From IMG/VR virus record IMGVR_UViG_3300031555_001696: a stretch of 64,000 bases of DNA; one strand, written 5' to 3'. Positions 45,340 through 58,368 of the stretch are shown piece after piece (position 1 is the first letter of the stretch; the number at the start of each line of letters is the position of its first letter). A program made the position numbers and the translations under genes. A model generated the notes under the pieces. The model saw only the letters and a program-made list of their open reading frames with translations. It was not told the origin of the DNA and ran no database searches. Source of the stretch: a virus. Its lineage: Duplodnaviria > Caudoviricetes.

Positions 45340-48300
45340 TTAAGCAGTTCTTTCATATGCTTTTATACCAGCTAAACCAGTATCTGTTTTTTCTTCCCAC
45401 GTACCTCCGAATAGGGCTCCGGGGTCATAAGAATTGGTACTGCACATATATATACTGCCTACTGGATATATAGCATCAACCAATAATGGAACTTCTGATG
45501 AAAAATTAATACTGAAAACTCTAGTAATATCTCGTCCCCACATGTTTGTTCCAGAAACTCTTACTAGATTATCTGGATCTCTTAAATTAACAGTTAATTC
45601 TATATCAGATTCTTGTTTCATGCTCCAATTGTCCCATGATATGACATTTTGACCAGATGCCTCTTGTAAGGCTTGCATACCATCAAGATAAGTGACCTCT
45701 CCATCTGAATCAAAATCATACTTTTGCCATTCGTCATTTGGGAGAATTTCTAGCCCAACGGAGTGCCTCAACGCTTTCAACGCTTCTTCTTTTCCTGGTT
45801 TGATAAAAGCTTTTCCTGTTAATGTTACTTTGCCGGAAATATCTAAATTTTTAGTACTAATTTTGATATTGTCTGGTTGCATATTTATTGCAGAAACAAC
45901 ATCGTCTGCGCTGACTTTTAACGCAATATTATCAGCATTCTGAATAATAGATGATTCATTTTTGGCAACTCTGTCATCTAAAGAAGCAACACTAGTTTTA
46001 ATTTCATCAGTAGTCAATGTAAACTCAGCAGCAGCTTTATCAATCGCATCGTCTAATTCATCACTAGCAAGATATCCATCAATTTTGGACGCTCGCATTG
46101 TAACATGACCATTTTGGTCTACTTCAAAAGCATACTGTTTATTACCTTCCGCATCAGTAAATTCACCAATTTGAATTACGCCGCCTTTGATAATAGAGCC
46201 TTCAATATAACCAGATAGTACCATCTCAGCAATCAGACCATAGTAATTTTGGCCATCTATTGTAACTTGACCTAATGCGCTCCTGCTTGTCTTAAATCCA
46301 TCGTCAGACATTAATATCATATTGTTTGTGAGCCATGTTTGATGGGGATCAATCTCTCCGGTTTCTGTATTTATTTTTTGAAGCTTAATTCCATACTTGT
46401 CGATTACTAGTCCTTGCGTCCCATCCATTGCTTTGATTTGTGTAGTAGCATCCAATAGACCTTGCTGTATCTTTAGATCAGTTGCAGTGGCAACGTCAGA
46501 ACCTCTAGTCCAATAACTAGAATTTGTTGCAACAGATTTACCAGCCGTTATTGCTTTTGAAAGCAAATCTGCATGAATATCAGACTGTGTTCTTAGATCT
46601 GTTAGTTCGCCAAACTCACATGTAAAATCAGAGAAATCATCAAAATTAATATCAACTTGTAGTAATCTAGATTGTTTAATATAATCAGGTCTCAGAGCAA
46701 CTCTAATTACTCTGCCAAGTTGGAATTGATGAATAATTGGTTCAAACTCCGGCAATGCATATATATTAGCCATCGTCATAGAAAACTGTAATTGTGGCTG
46801 ACAGATTTTCTGCAATTCTATCCTGCCACTTTCCATTGCGTCTTGTTTAATCTTTAATGATTTAGATAAACTATCAATCTCAGTTTCAACAATGTCATCA
46901 ATATGTAGTTTATCTTCACGTAAAAACGCACTCAGTCTAATAAGCTGATTATCTGTAAAATTATTTTTCATCAACAGATCTTGACTAATTTCTGAATTTT
47001 TATTAACGAATACAGATTTTTGATTCTCGTATTCCTGAATTTTCCTATCTCGCTGCGCTATTGCATCATCAATTGAAGCAATAAATAATATTACAGGATA
47101 ATAATAGCCATAATTATCGTTATCTGGTTTTGACCATCCAGCTTTAATATTTTCTTCTTGCACCTGTTTATACGAAGCAAGATACAATGATTTTAATGGA
47201 GTACGACCAATTTCAGCCCACACCTCATTTAAAAATGACTTTATAACATCATCTCTATCTTCGCTTGTTTTTGCATTTCTTAATCCATTTACCAGATCAG
47301 AAATTGTGTAGTGCTCCATAAATTTGAAACCATCGGACAGTTCGGTTAATGCGGTATAAGCTTCTTCAATTTTTGTAGCATTTCCAATAAAATAGGCGTA
47401 AAAATAATCTTTTAGAGCAGCATATAACTGATCAATTTTTTCTTCATTAACATTTGTAGTAACGTTAGAATAATAGTCTGTATTAACATTATACTCTGCT
47501 GGTAGCACAGCCTCAGAATAATAATAACTTCCATCTGCGTTTTTCTTACGTACATAATATGTACCAACGGTAGAACTATTGACTATCGCTAAAGAATATT
47601 CCAACGCAAGTCTGTTTTCCTCATAACTAATATGGTCATTCCACACGGAAATTTGTTCCGCATTATGCGTATATTGAGCCTGTACCTGATTGTTTTTCTG
47701 TAAATATTTTGTATAGGCATTATATAAATCTTGGCCCATCCAATCAACAGTATAATAATATGAGAGATCTGTTAAATACGGCAGACCAAGATTTACTTCT
47801 CTAATATCTAGATCGTCCCCATATGTTACAGTCAGCTTTGTTTTTATTGAATCGCTATCATAACTAATATTGATCTCTTGTGATAAGTTTTCAAAGCTTA
47901 CAAAAACATCAGTCTCCCATTCGGTTAGTGCCCCATCAACGATTTCAATGTGCTGTCCGTCCTCTGGAACATCTCCTAACACTAAGTATCCAGTCGCTGC
48001 ATTATATTCCCACTTTGTTGTCTTATAGCCGTCAATAGACACAGCTCCTATTTGAGCAAACGGCGGAGAAATAGTAAAAACACTTGTGTGTCCATCTCCA
48101 ATAAATTTAGCAGTTAAAGATTCAGCATATACGTTAATTATATTATTGATAGTATCAAAAATAATATAACAATTAAACTTCTCGCATACTTCATTCATTA
48201 AGAAGTCATAAACAGACTCTCTATCAACTTCAAATTGACGACTTAGCGTCTGCAACGATGGATCAACATACCCAATCTTCCATCCATACACTTCTTCCAG

Positions 48301-48783
48301 AACAAGGTGCAATAGACTTAGGTGCGGGCTTGATGGATTATATAAAGTTATTGGCCTAATATTATCTGCGGAAGATGCGTTGAGCACTTCTTTTGACTCC
48401 ACTGTGCCCATGTTGATATAAAAATTATCTAAATATTTTTGCGCCAAAGTGTATTCCAAACTATATGCTGTACATATTTTCTTTTCTTCAATACCGTTAC
48501 TAGTCAGCTCTGGTCCTTGCAACTCAAAATATCCAAACCCTTCAAGATATACAAGCCTGACAGCTTCAATTTTATTATAAAAAGGATTTACAAATGTTCC
48601 ACCATTTATCGTATTATTATAAACACGAGGCGTCTCAAACGATAATTCAGAATATGAATTAAACTTAAAAGAACCTTTTAGGCCGAACACCTCAAGTTGT
48701 GTAATTTTTGTTTTATCTGTCTCACATAAAAACAACTTTGGTGCCTTGTATGTGTTTGACATTAAATCTTTTGGGAGCTTCAA
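45340..48783 (-). CDS. Minor tail / baseplate hub (Tal-like) protein
   Basis: Follows TMP and Dit; coiled coils, GDxDxDG dockerin-like repeat and C-terminal IYPVGSIY...GGTWE phage tail motif. Confidence 0.75.
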   Translation of the reverse strand: MKLPKDLMSNTYKAPKLFLCETDKTKITQLEVFGLKGSFKFNSYSELSFETPRVYNNTINGGTFVNPFYNKIEAVRLVYLEGFGYFELQGPELTSNGIEEKKICTAYSLEYTLAQKYLDNFYINMGTVESKEVLNASSADNIRPITLYNPSSPHLSLLHLVLEEVYGWKIGYVDPSLQTLSRQFEVDRESVYDFLMNEVCEKFNCYIIFDTINNIINVYAESLTAKFIGDGHTSVFTISPPFAQIGAVSIDGYKTTKWEYNAATGYLVLGDVPEDGQHIEIVDGALTEWETDVFVSFENLSQEINISYDSDSIKTKLTVTYGDDLDIREVNLGLPYLTDLSYYYTVDWMGQDLYNAYTKYLQKNNQVQAQYTHNAEQISVWNDHISYEENRLALEYSLAIVNSSTVGTYYVRKKNADGSYYYSEAVLPAEYNVNTDYYSNVTTNVNEEKIDQLYAALKDYFYAYFIGNATKIEEAYTALTELSDGFKFMEHYTISDLVNGLRNAKTSEDRDDVIKSFLNEVWAEIGRTPLKSLYLASYKQVQEENIKAGWSKPDNDNYGYYYPVILFIASIDDAIAQRDRKIQEYENQKSVFVNKNSEISQDLLMKNNFTDNQLIRLSAFLREDKLHIDDIVETEIDSLSKSLKIKQDAMESGRIELQKICQPQLQFSMTMANIYALPEFEPIIHQFQLGRVIRVALRPDYIKQSRLLQVDINFDDFSDFTCEFGELTDLRTQSDIHADLLSKAITAGKSVATNSSYWTRGSDVATATDLKIQQGLLDATTQIKAMDGTQGLVIDKYGIKLQKINTETGEIDPHQTWLTNNMILMSDDGFKTSRSALGQVTIDGQNYYGLIAEMVLSGYIEGSIIKGGVIQIGEFTDAEGNKQYAFEVDQNGHVTMRASKIDGYLASDELDDAIDKAAAEFTLTTDEIKTSVASLDDRVAKNESSIIQNADNIALKVSADDVVSAINMQPDNIKISTKNLDISGKVTLTGKAFIKPGKEEALKALRHSVGLEILPNDEWQKYDFDSDGEVTYLDGMQALQEASGQNVISWDNWSMKQESDIELTVNLRDPDNLVRVSGTNMWGRDITRVFSINFSSEVPLLVDAIYPVGSIYMCSTNSYDPGALFGGTWEEKTDTGLAGIKAYERTA

Positions 48784-48810
48784 ACATCTCCCTCCCTTCT
48801 TAAACTACTA

Positions 48811-49857
48811 TCACGATAATATTTTGTTGAGCATCGCATAAAGCTCTGCTTCGTTGACATAACATGAGTCAGTATTGCCGCCACCGCAATCGCAATTACC
48901 ATTTTCGATTGCCTCATTAACATCTATAGCACAATCACCAATCTTAATCGGATAACGATAACTGAACCTTAGGTCTCCGCTTCCGGATCCGTTGATCACA
49001 AAATCATTAATACCTGGTTTAAGTCTTGGCCAAACAAAATTAAAACTATTTCCAAAAACTTTATCTGTAAAACTAGATGTAATAAATTGCATAGAACTTA
49101 GCTTTATTGTTTCATTTAGGCCCATGCCATAAATAACTGTTTCTTCGTTCAAAGTAGTATTTTTAATAGACAAATAATCGCTGTTGTAATTATCAAATAC
49201 GGTATCTATATAGATGTATGCATATAAATCATCTGTTTTATTATCAATTTGCAATGCAACCGAGTTATCAATACCTACTATGCCGCTATCTGTAATATCT
49301 AGTACATCGGCTGTATTATATAAAACACCATTTTCATCTATATTCAATGACGTTGTATCGTTAATTGGCTGAAGTATGCCGTCTGAGTCAATTGATAATA
49401 ATTGCCCAAACGTACACGTAAAGGTTTGAATAGGCGAATATGCCCACGGGCTAATTGACTCAAAATATATAATCAATCCAACTGTTCTTGCGTCTAGTTT
49501 ATATGGCTTAACATCTTGAACCGTTCCTAAAAATTCGTATTGAACTGTGTCCCCTATATACAATTGCAGCCAATTAGCAGTTGGATTGCCAGTAAGCCAT
49601 CTGTACGCATCACGACACTCTACAACTGAAAAATCATTACCATTGCATTTAACAACTGTAATTTTAATAGTTGCCACAGTATCGTATTTGGTACCATATA
49701 AAAGCCTTTTTGTGCCCCTATATGAGTCCGTATAAATTTGTTCTTGCGATAAATAAGAATCCATTTCACCATTGTCTGGGTCAAAACTAGCGATAATCCA
49801 TCCTTTATCTTTTGAGTCTTGATTTAAATATTTAAATCCGCTATGATATGAACTCAC
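48811..49857 (-). CDS. Distal tail protein (Dit-like)
   Basis: Immediately downstream of TMP; SPWAYS...WPRLKPGIN. Confidence 0.7.
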   Translation of the reverse strand: MSSYHSGFKYLNQDSKDKGWIIASFDPDNGEMDSYLSQEQIYTDSYRGTKRLLYGTKYDTVATIKITVVKCNGNDFSVVECRDAYRWLTGNPTANWLQLYIGDTVQYEFLGTVQDVKPYKLDARTVGLIIYFESISPWAYSPIQTFTCTFGQLLSIDSDGILQPINDTTSLNIDENGVLYNTADVLDITDSGIVGIDNSVALQIDNKTDDLYAYIYIDTVFDNYNSDYLSIKNTTLNEETVIYGMGLNETIKLSSMQFITSSFTDKVFGNSFNFVWPRLKPGINDFVINGSGSGDLRFSYRYPIKIGDCAIDVNEAIENGNCDCGGGNTDSCYVNEAELYAMLNKILS

Positions 49858-49927
49858 ACTGGTTCACCTCCTATAAGATGTATTTAACATAATAGAGGAG
49901 AAGATTTCTCCTCTCCTCTATTTGCAA

Positions 49928-52900
49928 TTAGCCTCTCGTATAACGTTTAAGGCTATTGTTAAGATTTTGCATATGTTTGTCAAATGCCTTGTTGACCATC
50001 TTTTCAAGATCAGGCAAAGTATTTTGATCGCAATGCTCGATATTAACAAGTGTACCGACGCTACAATCTATCTTAGTCTCGGCGTTTACGACACTATTGC
50101 TCGGCGTAATTGCAGGTCTGTTTCTGTCTAACATATCTTGAGGATTTAATTCGCTCCAAGACATAAGATTGGCAGTTGCATCCGCAGGAATAATTCCAGT
50201 GCCTTTTTTAACATATTCTAGGCGACCATTCTTGCCTGGAACTAACTGTAACTCATCGCCAAGTTCATCAATAATCGCCCATTGATCTTTGCTTACGCCA
50301 GAAGAACCCTTAGCAAACTTATTAATATGGTACGGTGCGAGGTCTTTAATTCCGTGATACTTGCCTCTCCATGCGCTAGAGTGAACATAACCATCTCTGC
50401 CCATTTGATTAACAATTTGTTGAACTTTATTTGCATCAAAACCTTTTGCCGTTAAATTCTTAACTCTTGTGCTGCCATCGCCCCAACCATAACCACCGTT
50501 CCAAATAGCTAATGCAACACCATAATACTCTTGTTCTGTTCTGCCCTTAGGCGTCTGGTTCTGTTGCTCTTTAGATGTATCATCTTCTTTAGGTTTTTCT
50601 TGTGGTTTCTTATCCTTTGAATCCTGATAGTCTTTCATGGCCTGATTTACTTGGTCAACAGTCGCCTTGCTCTCGGCATTAATGCTGTCGAGTATTGTCT
50701 GGTACTCTTTTTCAAGAGCCTTTAACGCATCCACGGTTGCACTCATCGACAGGCCAAACGGGCTCATCATTTCCTGATACGTCATACCAAGTTTATTAGC
50801 CAATCCTTCGGTGCTAAGTCCAAATTTATTAGCAAGCTCTTCTACTGTAAGTCCCATGCTACCTGCAAATTGAGTCATTGTCATATCCAAATTACCGGCT
50901 AAACCAACGGTAATTGTACCTAGTTGTTCTGCTAATAACGGAAGTGTAATACCCATATTTGCAGCGAGCTGCTGGATTGTCATATCCATCATGCCGCTAA
51001 GATCGGTTACAGTTAGTCCAAGTCTTGCAGCCATTTCTTCGTTAGTAAGACCAAGAGTTTCCGCCAATTGAGCCACAGTGATGTTCAGATTGCTAACCAT
51101 CATTTCTGTGGTTATACCTAGTTTGTTTGCAAATTCGTCTACCGTTAGTCCGAACATAGCAGCCATCTCTGTTAGAGACATACCTAATTTCACGCCGTAG
51201 TTTTGAATTGCATATTCACCAGCTTGCCAAGGAGCGAGTAGTGAATTAGTTATATTTAGACTGTATTCAGCCTGCATGTTGGTTAGAGTTTGCAACACGG
51301 CGTTTGTATTCTCTTGAACCATTGCAAGACTATCTGCCACAACACGCTCAATACTTTCTAGATATTTATCAAGCTCTTCCATTTCCTTGTTTTTTTCGTC
51401 TTGGAAGTGCTCAAGTTCTTTATCTAGTGCATTTTGTTGATTCTCAATAGAGCGGTCATAATATGTTTCTTCTAGCTCTGCTTTTGCCTCATACAATTCG
51501 GCTTCTAACTTTGCACGTTGTGCTCTTGCTGATGCGGAATTATCACCAGATAGAGCAGCAAGTTTGCGCTCGATGTCGGCAATATTCTTACTTTGATCCA
51601 TGACGGTCTTTTGGAAGTCATGCAGGTCTTTTTCGGCGGAAAGAGCCTCTTTCTTTTTGTCAATTAACTCAGAATAAGCATCAATTTCTTCTTCTATACC
51701 TTTTTTAATCGCATCAACACGAGCTTTATTGAGGTCTACAATAGCGTCTTTTGCATCGTGATAAGATTTAATTGCATCGTACTGACCTGACTTGAGTTCT
51801 TCAAGTTTATCGGTGTATTCTTCTAGAGTATACTCGCCTTCCTTGTATCCCTTTTCTAGTCTTTCAAATGCAACTTTATACTTTTCAACTTCTTTTTCGG
51901 CAACTTCCATTTGTTGTGCCAACAACCCAAGAGATGTTATGCCTTCATCTGTCCAATTGCCAAGTTCATCAACCGCATCTTTTGTCGCAAGAATATCAAG
52001 TAGATTTTCCGCTTCGTCAGAAACTGCAGCAAATTGCTTCATTAGAAGGTCGAATTGGCCCCAATGCATTTCATTGATGCTGTCTTGTAGGTCTTCAATT
52101 TCGGTATTTAGATTAACGATTTCAGTATCAACTTCAGCAATAGCATTAACAGCCTCATACCAAGCATCAGTGCCTTCTTTGATCTTACCGCTGTCTAACT
52201 CTGCCTGCATTGCTGCCGCTTGTTGTTTTAGAAGTTCGACTTTAGCTTCGTTTTCGTCAATCATTGCCTGATAAATATCTTCTGCGCCAAAACCTTTATC
52301 AGTTTCTAGTAGACCATTTTCAGACTCAAGACGACCTAATTTGCTGTCGTTGAGAGAAAGTTGATTTTCGAATTCGTTGACAATATTGTCAAAAGCTTGC
52401 TTGGCTAGGGATTGAATCTCTGTTAATACCTCTTCAGCTTGCTGTGTTGTATCTGCGCCTTTTTGTACCCAGTCACGATACTCTTGGATTGCTTCAAGAG
52501 TTTTTTCGTCAACTTCACCTACAAATTCTTCGATAGCTATTGTTCCATCTTGGGCCGCTACTTGATACTCTGCCGGAACTTTAGCCAGTAAGGTCTTAGC
52601 GTATGAGTAGTATTCGTTTGCACCAGCGAGTAGATTATCACGAAGTTCTTCATTGATCTTAATCATCTCGTTGATGATGTTGTTTTGTGAAGAAGAACCG
52701 ACGGCGTTTTCAAGCTGAGCACCTTTGAGACTTAATTTTTCATTGATTTCTTCTAAGCGAACTTCTATCCAGTCAAAAACTTCACGGAATTCATCTGCCG
52801 CATCAGATAAAGAATCGGCTGCGTCTTTTTGGCTATCAGCAGCATCATCTAGTGCCTCTATAGGATCCCAAGTTGGATCGTCTGGCCCACTGTATCCAGT

Positions 52901-55900
52901 TCCTTCCCATTGTGTTTGAGAACTTTGATTTGGCCAAATGGTTAAATGTGCATTACCTTCAGCATATGCTTTGCCACGAGAAGTTACATAACCATTTTTC
53001 AAAAGTCCTTCGGTTTGCTTGTGGTTAAAAATAATTGCTCCCTTAGGAAGATCTACCATTTCAGCGCCATTGTCACCAACGGTATAATATCTACCAGTCG
53101 AAGGATCCACAACCATTTCTGGACCAAGCTCACCAACAAGAGAGTTGTGTTCATTTTGTGGTAAACCCCAATCTCCAGATTTATGAGCCGTGCCACGCAC
53201 ATGAGCAGTTCCATTTACATTTTGTGCGCCAGAAGATCCCGGGTTGTATTTTCCACCTGATTTACCAGCCTTATATCCTGCGGTTAAATTCGACCAAATA
53301 GTTGCCGCTTTTTCTGCAATCCACGTAGTAATACTATCCCATAACCCATTAATAGCATTAGGAATTGTTACAGTAAAGAAAGTTGTAACACCTTCTTTAA
53401 TTGTTTCAAGTGCAGTTGGTATAGTCTCTGTGATGAACGTCCCTACGCCATCCCAGAATTCGTTCCATTTTTCAGGAATTGCAACAGTAAAGAAATCTGT
53501 GAGCTTAGTTTTTAAGATTTTTGCCTGTTCTTTTAGTTCTTCTAATTTAACCCCTACCTCATCCCAAAAAGCATTCCATTTTTCTGGAATAGTAGATGTG
53601 AAGAAAGTTACAACTTTATCCTTTAATACCTTAGCGTCTGCTTTTAACTCTTCTAAATGAGTTCCAACAGCATCCCAGAATGAGTTCCATTTCTCGGGAA
53701 TAGTAACGGTGAAGAAAGTTATAACCTTTTCTTTCAATATCTCAGCATTTGCTTTAACTTCGTCAAATTTTGTCCTGACAGCATTCCAAAACTCATCCCA
53801 TTTTTGTGGAACAGTTTCAGTGAAGAAGCGACTTATCGCACCTGCGCTATAAGATATAGTGTAAGGTATTGTTTCAAATAAGAACTTATCCACTTCTGAC
53901 CAGAATTCATCCCATTTTTTAGGGAGCGTCTCGGTAAAGAAAGTATTAACTTGTTCTTTCAGCTCACCGGCAAATTTTTTAATTTCGGTTACCTTTTCTC
54001 CAACATTATCCCAAAATTCTTCCCATTTTTCTGGCACTGTTGTTGTAAAGAAATCAGTAACTTTTTCTTTTAAAATATTTGCCTTTTCTTTAATCTCATC
54101 AAATTTCTTTCCAACATTCTCCCAGAATTCATTCCACTTATCAGGGATTATTTCAGTAAAGAATGCATCAATAGTGCCCCACAATTCTTTTGCTTCCTCG
54201 GGAAGTGTAGTTGTAAAGAACTCTTTAAATCCATTTGTGTCAACACTCTCTGTTGCTCCGTCGGCATCATTTGTTGTGTTTGCGTCGGCAGGATCTCTAC
54301 CACTCATTTTATCATATATATTTTGAAGTATATCTTCGATGCTTTGTAACTGATCCTCATAGGTAACTACTTCATCGCCTAATGCTCCTTCAAAATTATA
54401 CTTTGCATTAAGATCTTCTAGATACCCCTCTAGTTCCTTCTTTTCACTTTCATCTAATGCAATGCCGGCCTTAACATCATAATCAAATTCGCCACTCTCT
54501 GCATCTTGAACAATTTCGACCTTTGCAAGCAAAGTATCATTATCTTTTTCAAAGGCATCTATCTCTGCCTGTGCATGATCAAGAGCAACCTGTAAAACAA
54601 CCGGGTCCATAGTTTCCAACTCAGACAATTTTTCAACCGTCTTAGTTAAATCCTGTTTTGCTGCCTCTAATTCGTCGGTTTTTAATTTAATTTCCGCTTC
54701 GCTTGCTCCTTGCTCATACATAGTATCAAGTTCATCTGCAAGTGTCTGAACTTTATTTTTTGCCTCATCAACATCTTTGCTTGTTTCAATCCACGCGGTA
54801 GCATTTTCTCTTGCCTTTTGCGCATTTTCTTGCGAAGCTTTACTTAGTTCATTCCATTGACTGGTGTACTCTTCTGCTGTAATCTCACCGTTGGCTAACT
54901 GTACCGCAAGATCGGCCAAAGCAGATGTATTTTCATAAATATCATTTGCTAAATTATCAGGAAGGAGATCCTCAAACATGCTAGAATAATCACCATTCAA
55001 CCACTCAATATCGTGGTCTTCCATAGATTCAATGAATGCGAATGCAACCTCTTCTGTAACACCCATTGCGTCCTTGAACTTTTCTAAACTGTCTATGTCT
55101 TCAGATAAATCAAAGTGCTTCCAATCAGAGCCAATAAATGTACCATTAGCCAAACCGTCTTCGATAAATTTACGCAAATTACCGAGCTTCATTTCTGCGC
55201 TTTCAATATTACCGTCTTCATCAAATGAGAGATCAAAATATTGAGCTATTTTACCAGTTTTAAAATAGTCGTAAATTGCGGCCATCTTTTCGTCAACAGT
55301 ATCTAGGTCTTCATATACACTTTCTGGAACCAAGCCAGCAATTGCAACTTGTGCAGCTTCCGTTCCGAGTTCAGCAGTATTAAACGCCTCACCAAGGGCA
55401 GTAATCCATGTTTCAACAGAACTGATATAATCGGTTGCGCTGTCACTTTCTTGGGCTTTTTCGAATTCATTATAGGCGTTATTTGTATCAAGCAACTGCG
55501 CCTCAAGACGAGCGTATTTTGCTATTGTTTTCTCAAGAGCGTTCATTTCCTGGTATAGCGCAAGAATTTCTTGTTTCTTTCCTGCAATTACTACGCCTTC
55601 GGCTTTAATACAATTACGCATCTTTTGGAATAACTCATAATACTGTAGTCTTGCTTGAGCTTTTGCGAGACTTGCATTTGCAGCCACGTTTTTCTTTGTT
55701 GCTTTAACTAAATTATTAAGACCTTTTGCATCTTTTACGATTAATTTATTATTTTTGTCAAAATATTTATTAACTTCCGCTTCGCTGCCGACCAATGCAA
55801 TGAGACTGTCTTTATAGTCTTCGGTTACCTTTGTATTGTCAACCACAATTTCTGAGGTTTCCAATAGTATTGCTTTATAAGTTTCTGCATCTTCTAATAA

Positions 55901-58368
55901 ATCAGAATATGCTTTAACAGGAGTTACGTCGTCAACAGAAATGTTACTTGCAGCATCGCCAATCTGAGTAAAATAATCTTTGACGTTCTCTGCGCTTAAA
56001 CCGACATACGTAAGAATATTACTTAATTCTTGAGAACCATTAATTGCAGAATTAAAGTCGAATTCTTTGCCTGCGCTAACAGCATCTAAAATTTGTTGCT
56101 TGATCGATTGAATTTCGTCGCTTGCATTTTCACCAAAAATACGGTCAAGTGCAGTTACCTCAGCACCAGAGGCACCCTCGCTAATAGAGAACTTATCTAG
56201 GAAATTATACCATCTATCTAGCTCGGCATTAAGTTCTTCGTCATCTCCATATTCGAGACTGCTGTAATACTGTTGCATTTGTGACAAATGATCATACATT
56301 TCAGTTTCGATTTCGGTTGTTCTTTGTTGTGCTTCTTGCCATTTGTCGAGTTTGTCAATATTACTTGAATCTTTTTGATATTTTTTAAGAGCTTTTTGTT
56401 CGTCTTCTCTTGCGGCGTCTAGAGCTTTGGTGTAAGTTTCATACCAAGAATCATATGATCCATCGTTGGCAGCAATACCAGATCCGGCTAATTCGCCAAT
56501 CTTATTTCCGGCTAAACCACCTGCGGCACCGAGAGCTACCCCTAACTTTAATGCTCCTGCGGCTCCTGCGGCTGCTGCACCACCGGCTGCTGCAGCACCT
56601 CCTGCGGCTCCTGCAGCTCCTGCACCCACAACTGGGGCGGCCGCACCACCAGTCAGTACTATTGCCGCAGCTCCTGCAATACCAAGTAATATACCGCCAA
56701 TCGTACCCCATGTTTTTGCAGTTTGTTGTGTTTCTTCGGCACCCTGAGAAGCGGCTTTGGTATATGCTTTCATAGATGCGACAGCTTGTTTATTACTAGC
56801 GTCTTGTTGAAGCTCTAACAATTGTTGCTGTATCTTTAAAGAATGTTCTAATTCTTCTCTTTGCGCTTTAAGCTTTTCTAGTTCTTTATCATCAGCAAAT
56901 GACGGTAGTTTTTTATCGTTTAATTCATCTATTCTACCTTGCAGAGTAGCAAGTTCACTCTCTAATTCTTGGATTGTAGACTTAGTAGAGTCTAAAACAT
57001 TTTGTATTTCGTCAAACGCTTCTTTTGCTGCTTCCGCTGCCTCATGTGCTGTGGTTGTAAAAGCGTCTAAGGCCCATGCCGCTGCAGCAATACCTGCTGC
57101 AACAAGATACATTGGGTTCTTCAGCAAAATTCTACCTAATGCTTGAAGTGCTGTTTTTAATCCCATTGCAGACATTGCTGCAAGATACTGTGACGCTGTA
57201 AGTTGATCAGTCACATATTTCTCGGTTAGTGTTGCTGCGGTTGCTTTAACCTGTTCTGCAGTCAATGCGGTTTTAACGCCTTTTAATCCAGCCTCTGCTA
57301 TGATTTGTTCTTTCAAGCTACTAGTTAAACCTTTTGACGCCAGAGCTCTTGCAACATCGGCCTTTGTCGCAACTCCAGTTGCGGCTGTCATTTGTTGGAT
57401 AGACGTTAATGTTTGCTGTATAGTAGTCGTTATACAACTAAACATCTCAGAAAATGTTTTTTCATCTTTGAATTTTTTATAGATCAGCAATGCGCCGACA
57501 ATTGCAATGATTTTGCCATGTATTGTATCTAATTGTTTCACTAAAAATGTTCCAATATCAACAACGCCCTTAACAGTCTCAGAATCTATTAAATTCATCC
57601 ACATAGTTTGGATGGTGTTATTAAAGATGTCAACGCGGCCCTGGATTGAGTCTAGGTATGTATTTAACTCACTCATTGCAGAGCCTGAAGCGCCAACAGC
57701 AGAATCATAAGCATCTTCAAGCACATCGCCGTTCTGGAATAGTGCAGCAACGACGCTACCACGCGTCTTGCCAGCTACAAGTTCTAAAAGTGCGGCTTGT
57801 GAAACGTCATCCATTTCTTTCCAAACTTTTGAAATGGCAAGCAAAATATCATACGTCGACTTAAAATCTCCAGACTCCGTTAAAATATTGACACCGCCTT
57901 TGCCGTCAATATTAGTAAGAGCCATAATTTTTTCTTGTAATTTGGAGGTGTTCTCCGCCATTCCTTCGGTTTCTAAACCGGCCTCTTCCAATTCCGTTTT
58001 AACACCACGAATACGCATTGAGACAGTTTTCAACGCATTACCAACAGACTCAGGATCCTGAATCGTTGTGTTTGCAGCAGCAGTCATTGCAATGGACTGC
58101 TCAAGTGAGTTGTTTGCGGCAACAAGAGCGGCTGAAGAACGTGTTAAACTATCTGCGAGATCACTAGTACTGATTGCGTAGTTGTTACCAACTTCGTTGT
58201 ATTTGTCGATAATTTGCATACTGAAAGTACCGACATCTTGGCCTTCTTTTTTGAAAGCCTGTAGTGATGAAATTAATGTATCCGTTGCTTTGTTAACGTC
58301 ATCAAACTCAGATACATTCATTAAAATTGAAGTATTTTTTGCAAGCTCGCCAGCTTCTTGCATACTAT
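49928..58368 (-). CDS. Tape measure protein, exon 2
   Basis: TP901-type core (NEVGNNYAIST...GNALKTVSMRIRG), Trp/Phe 11-aa repeats, GELGPE, CW_7-like motif; joined to exon 1 by splicing. Confidence 0.92.

Noticed and set aside
58361-58363. ATG 58363 as independent start of a 2811-aa gene
   Set aside because: No RBS and lies mid TMP core; explained by intron splicing
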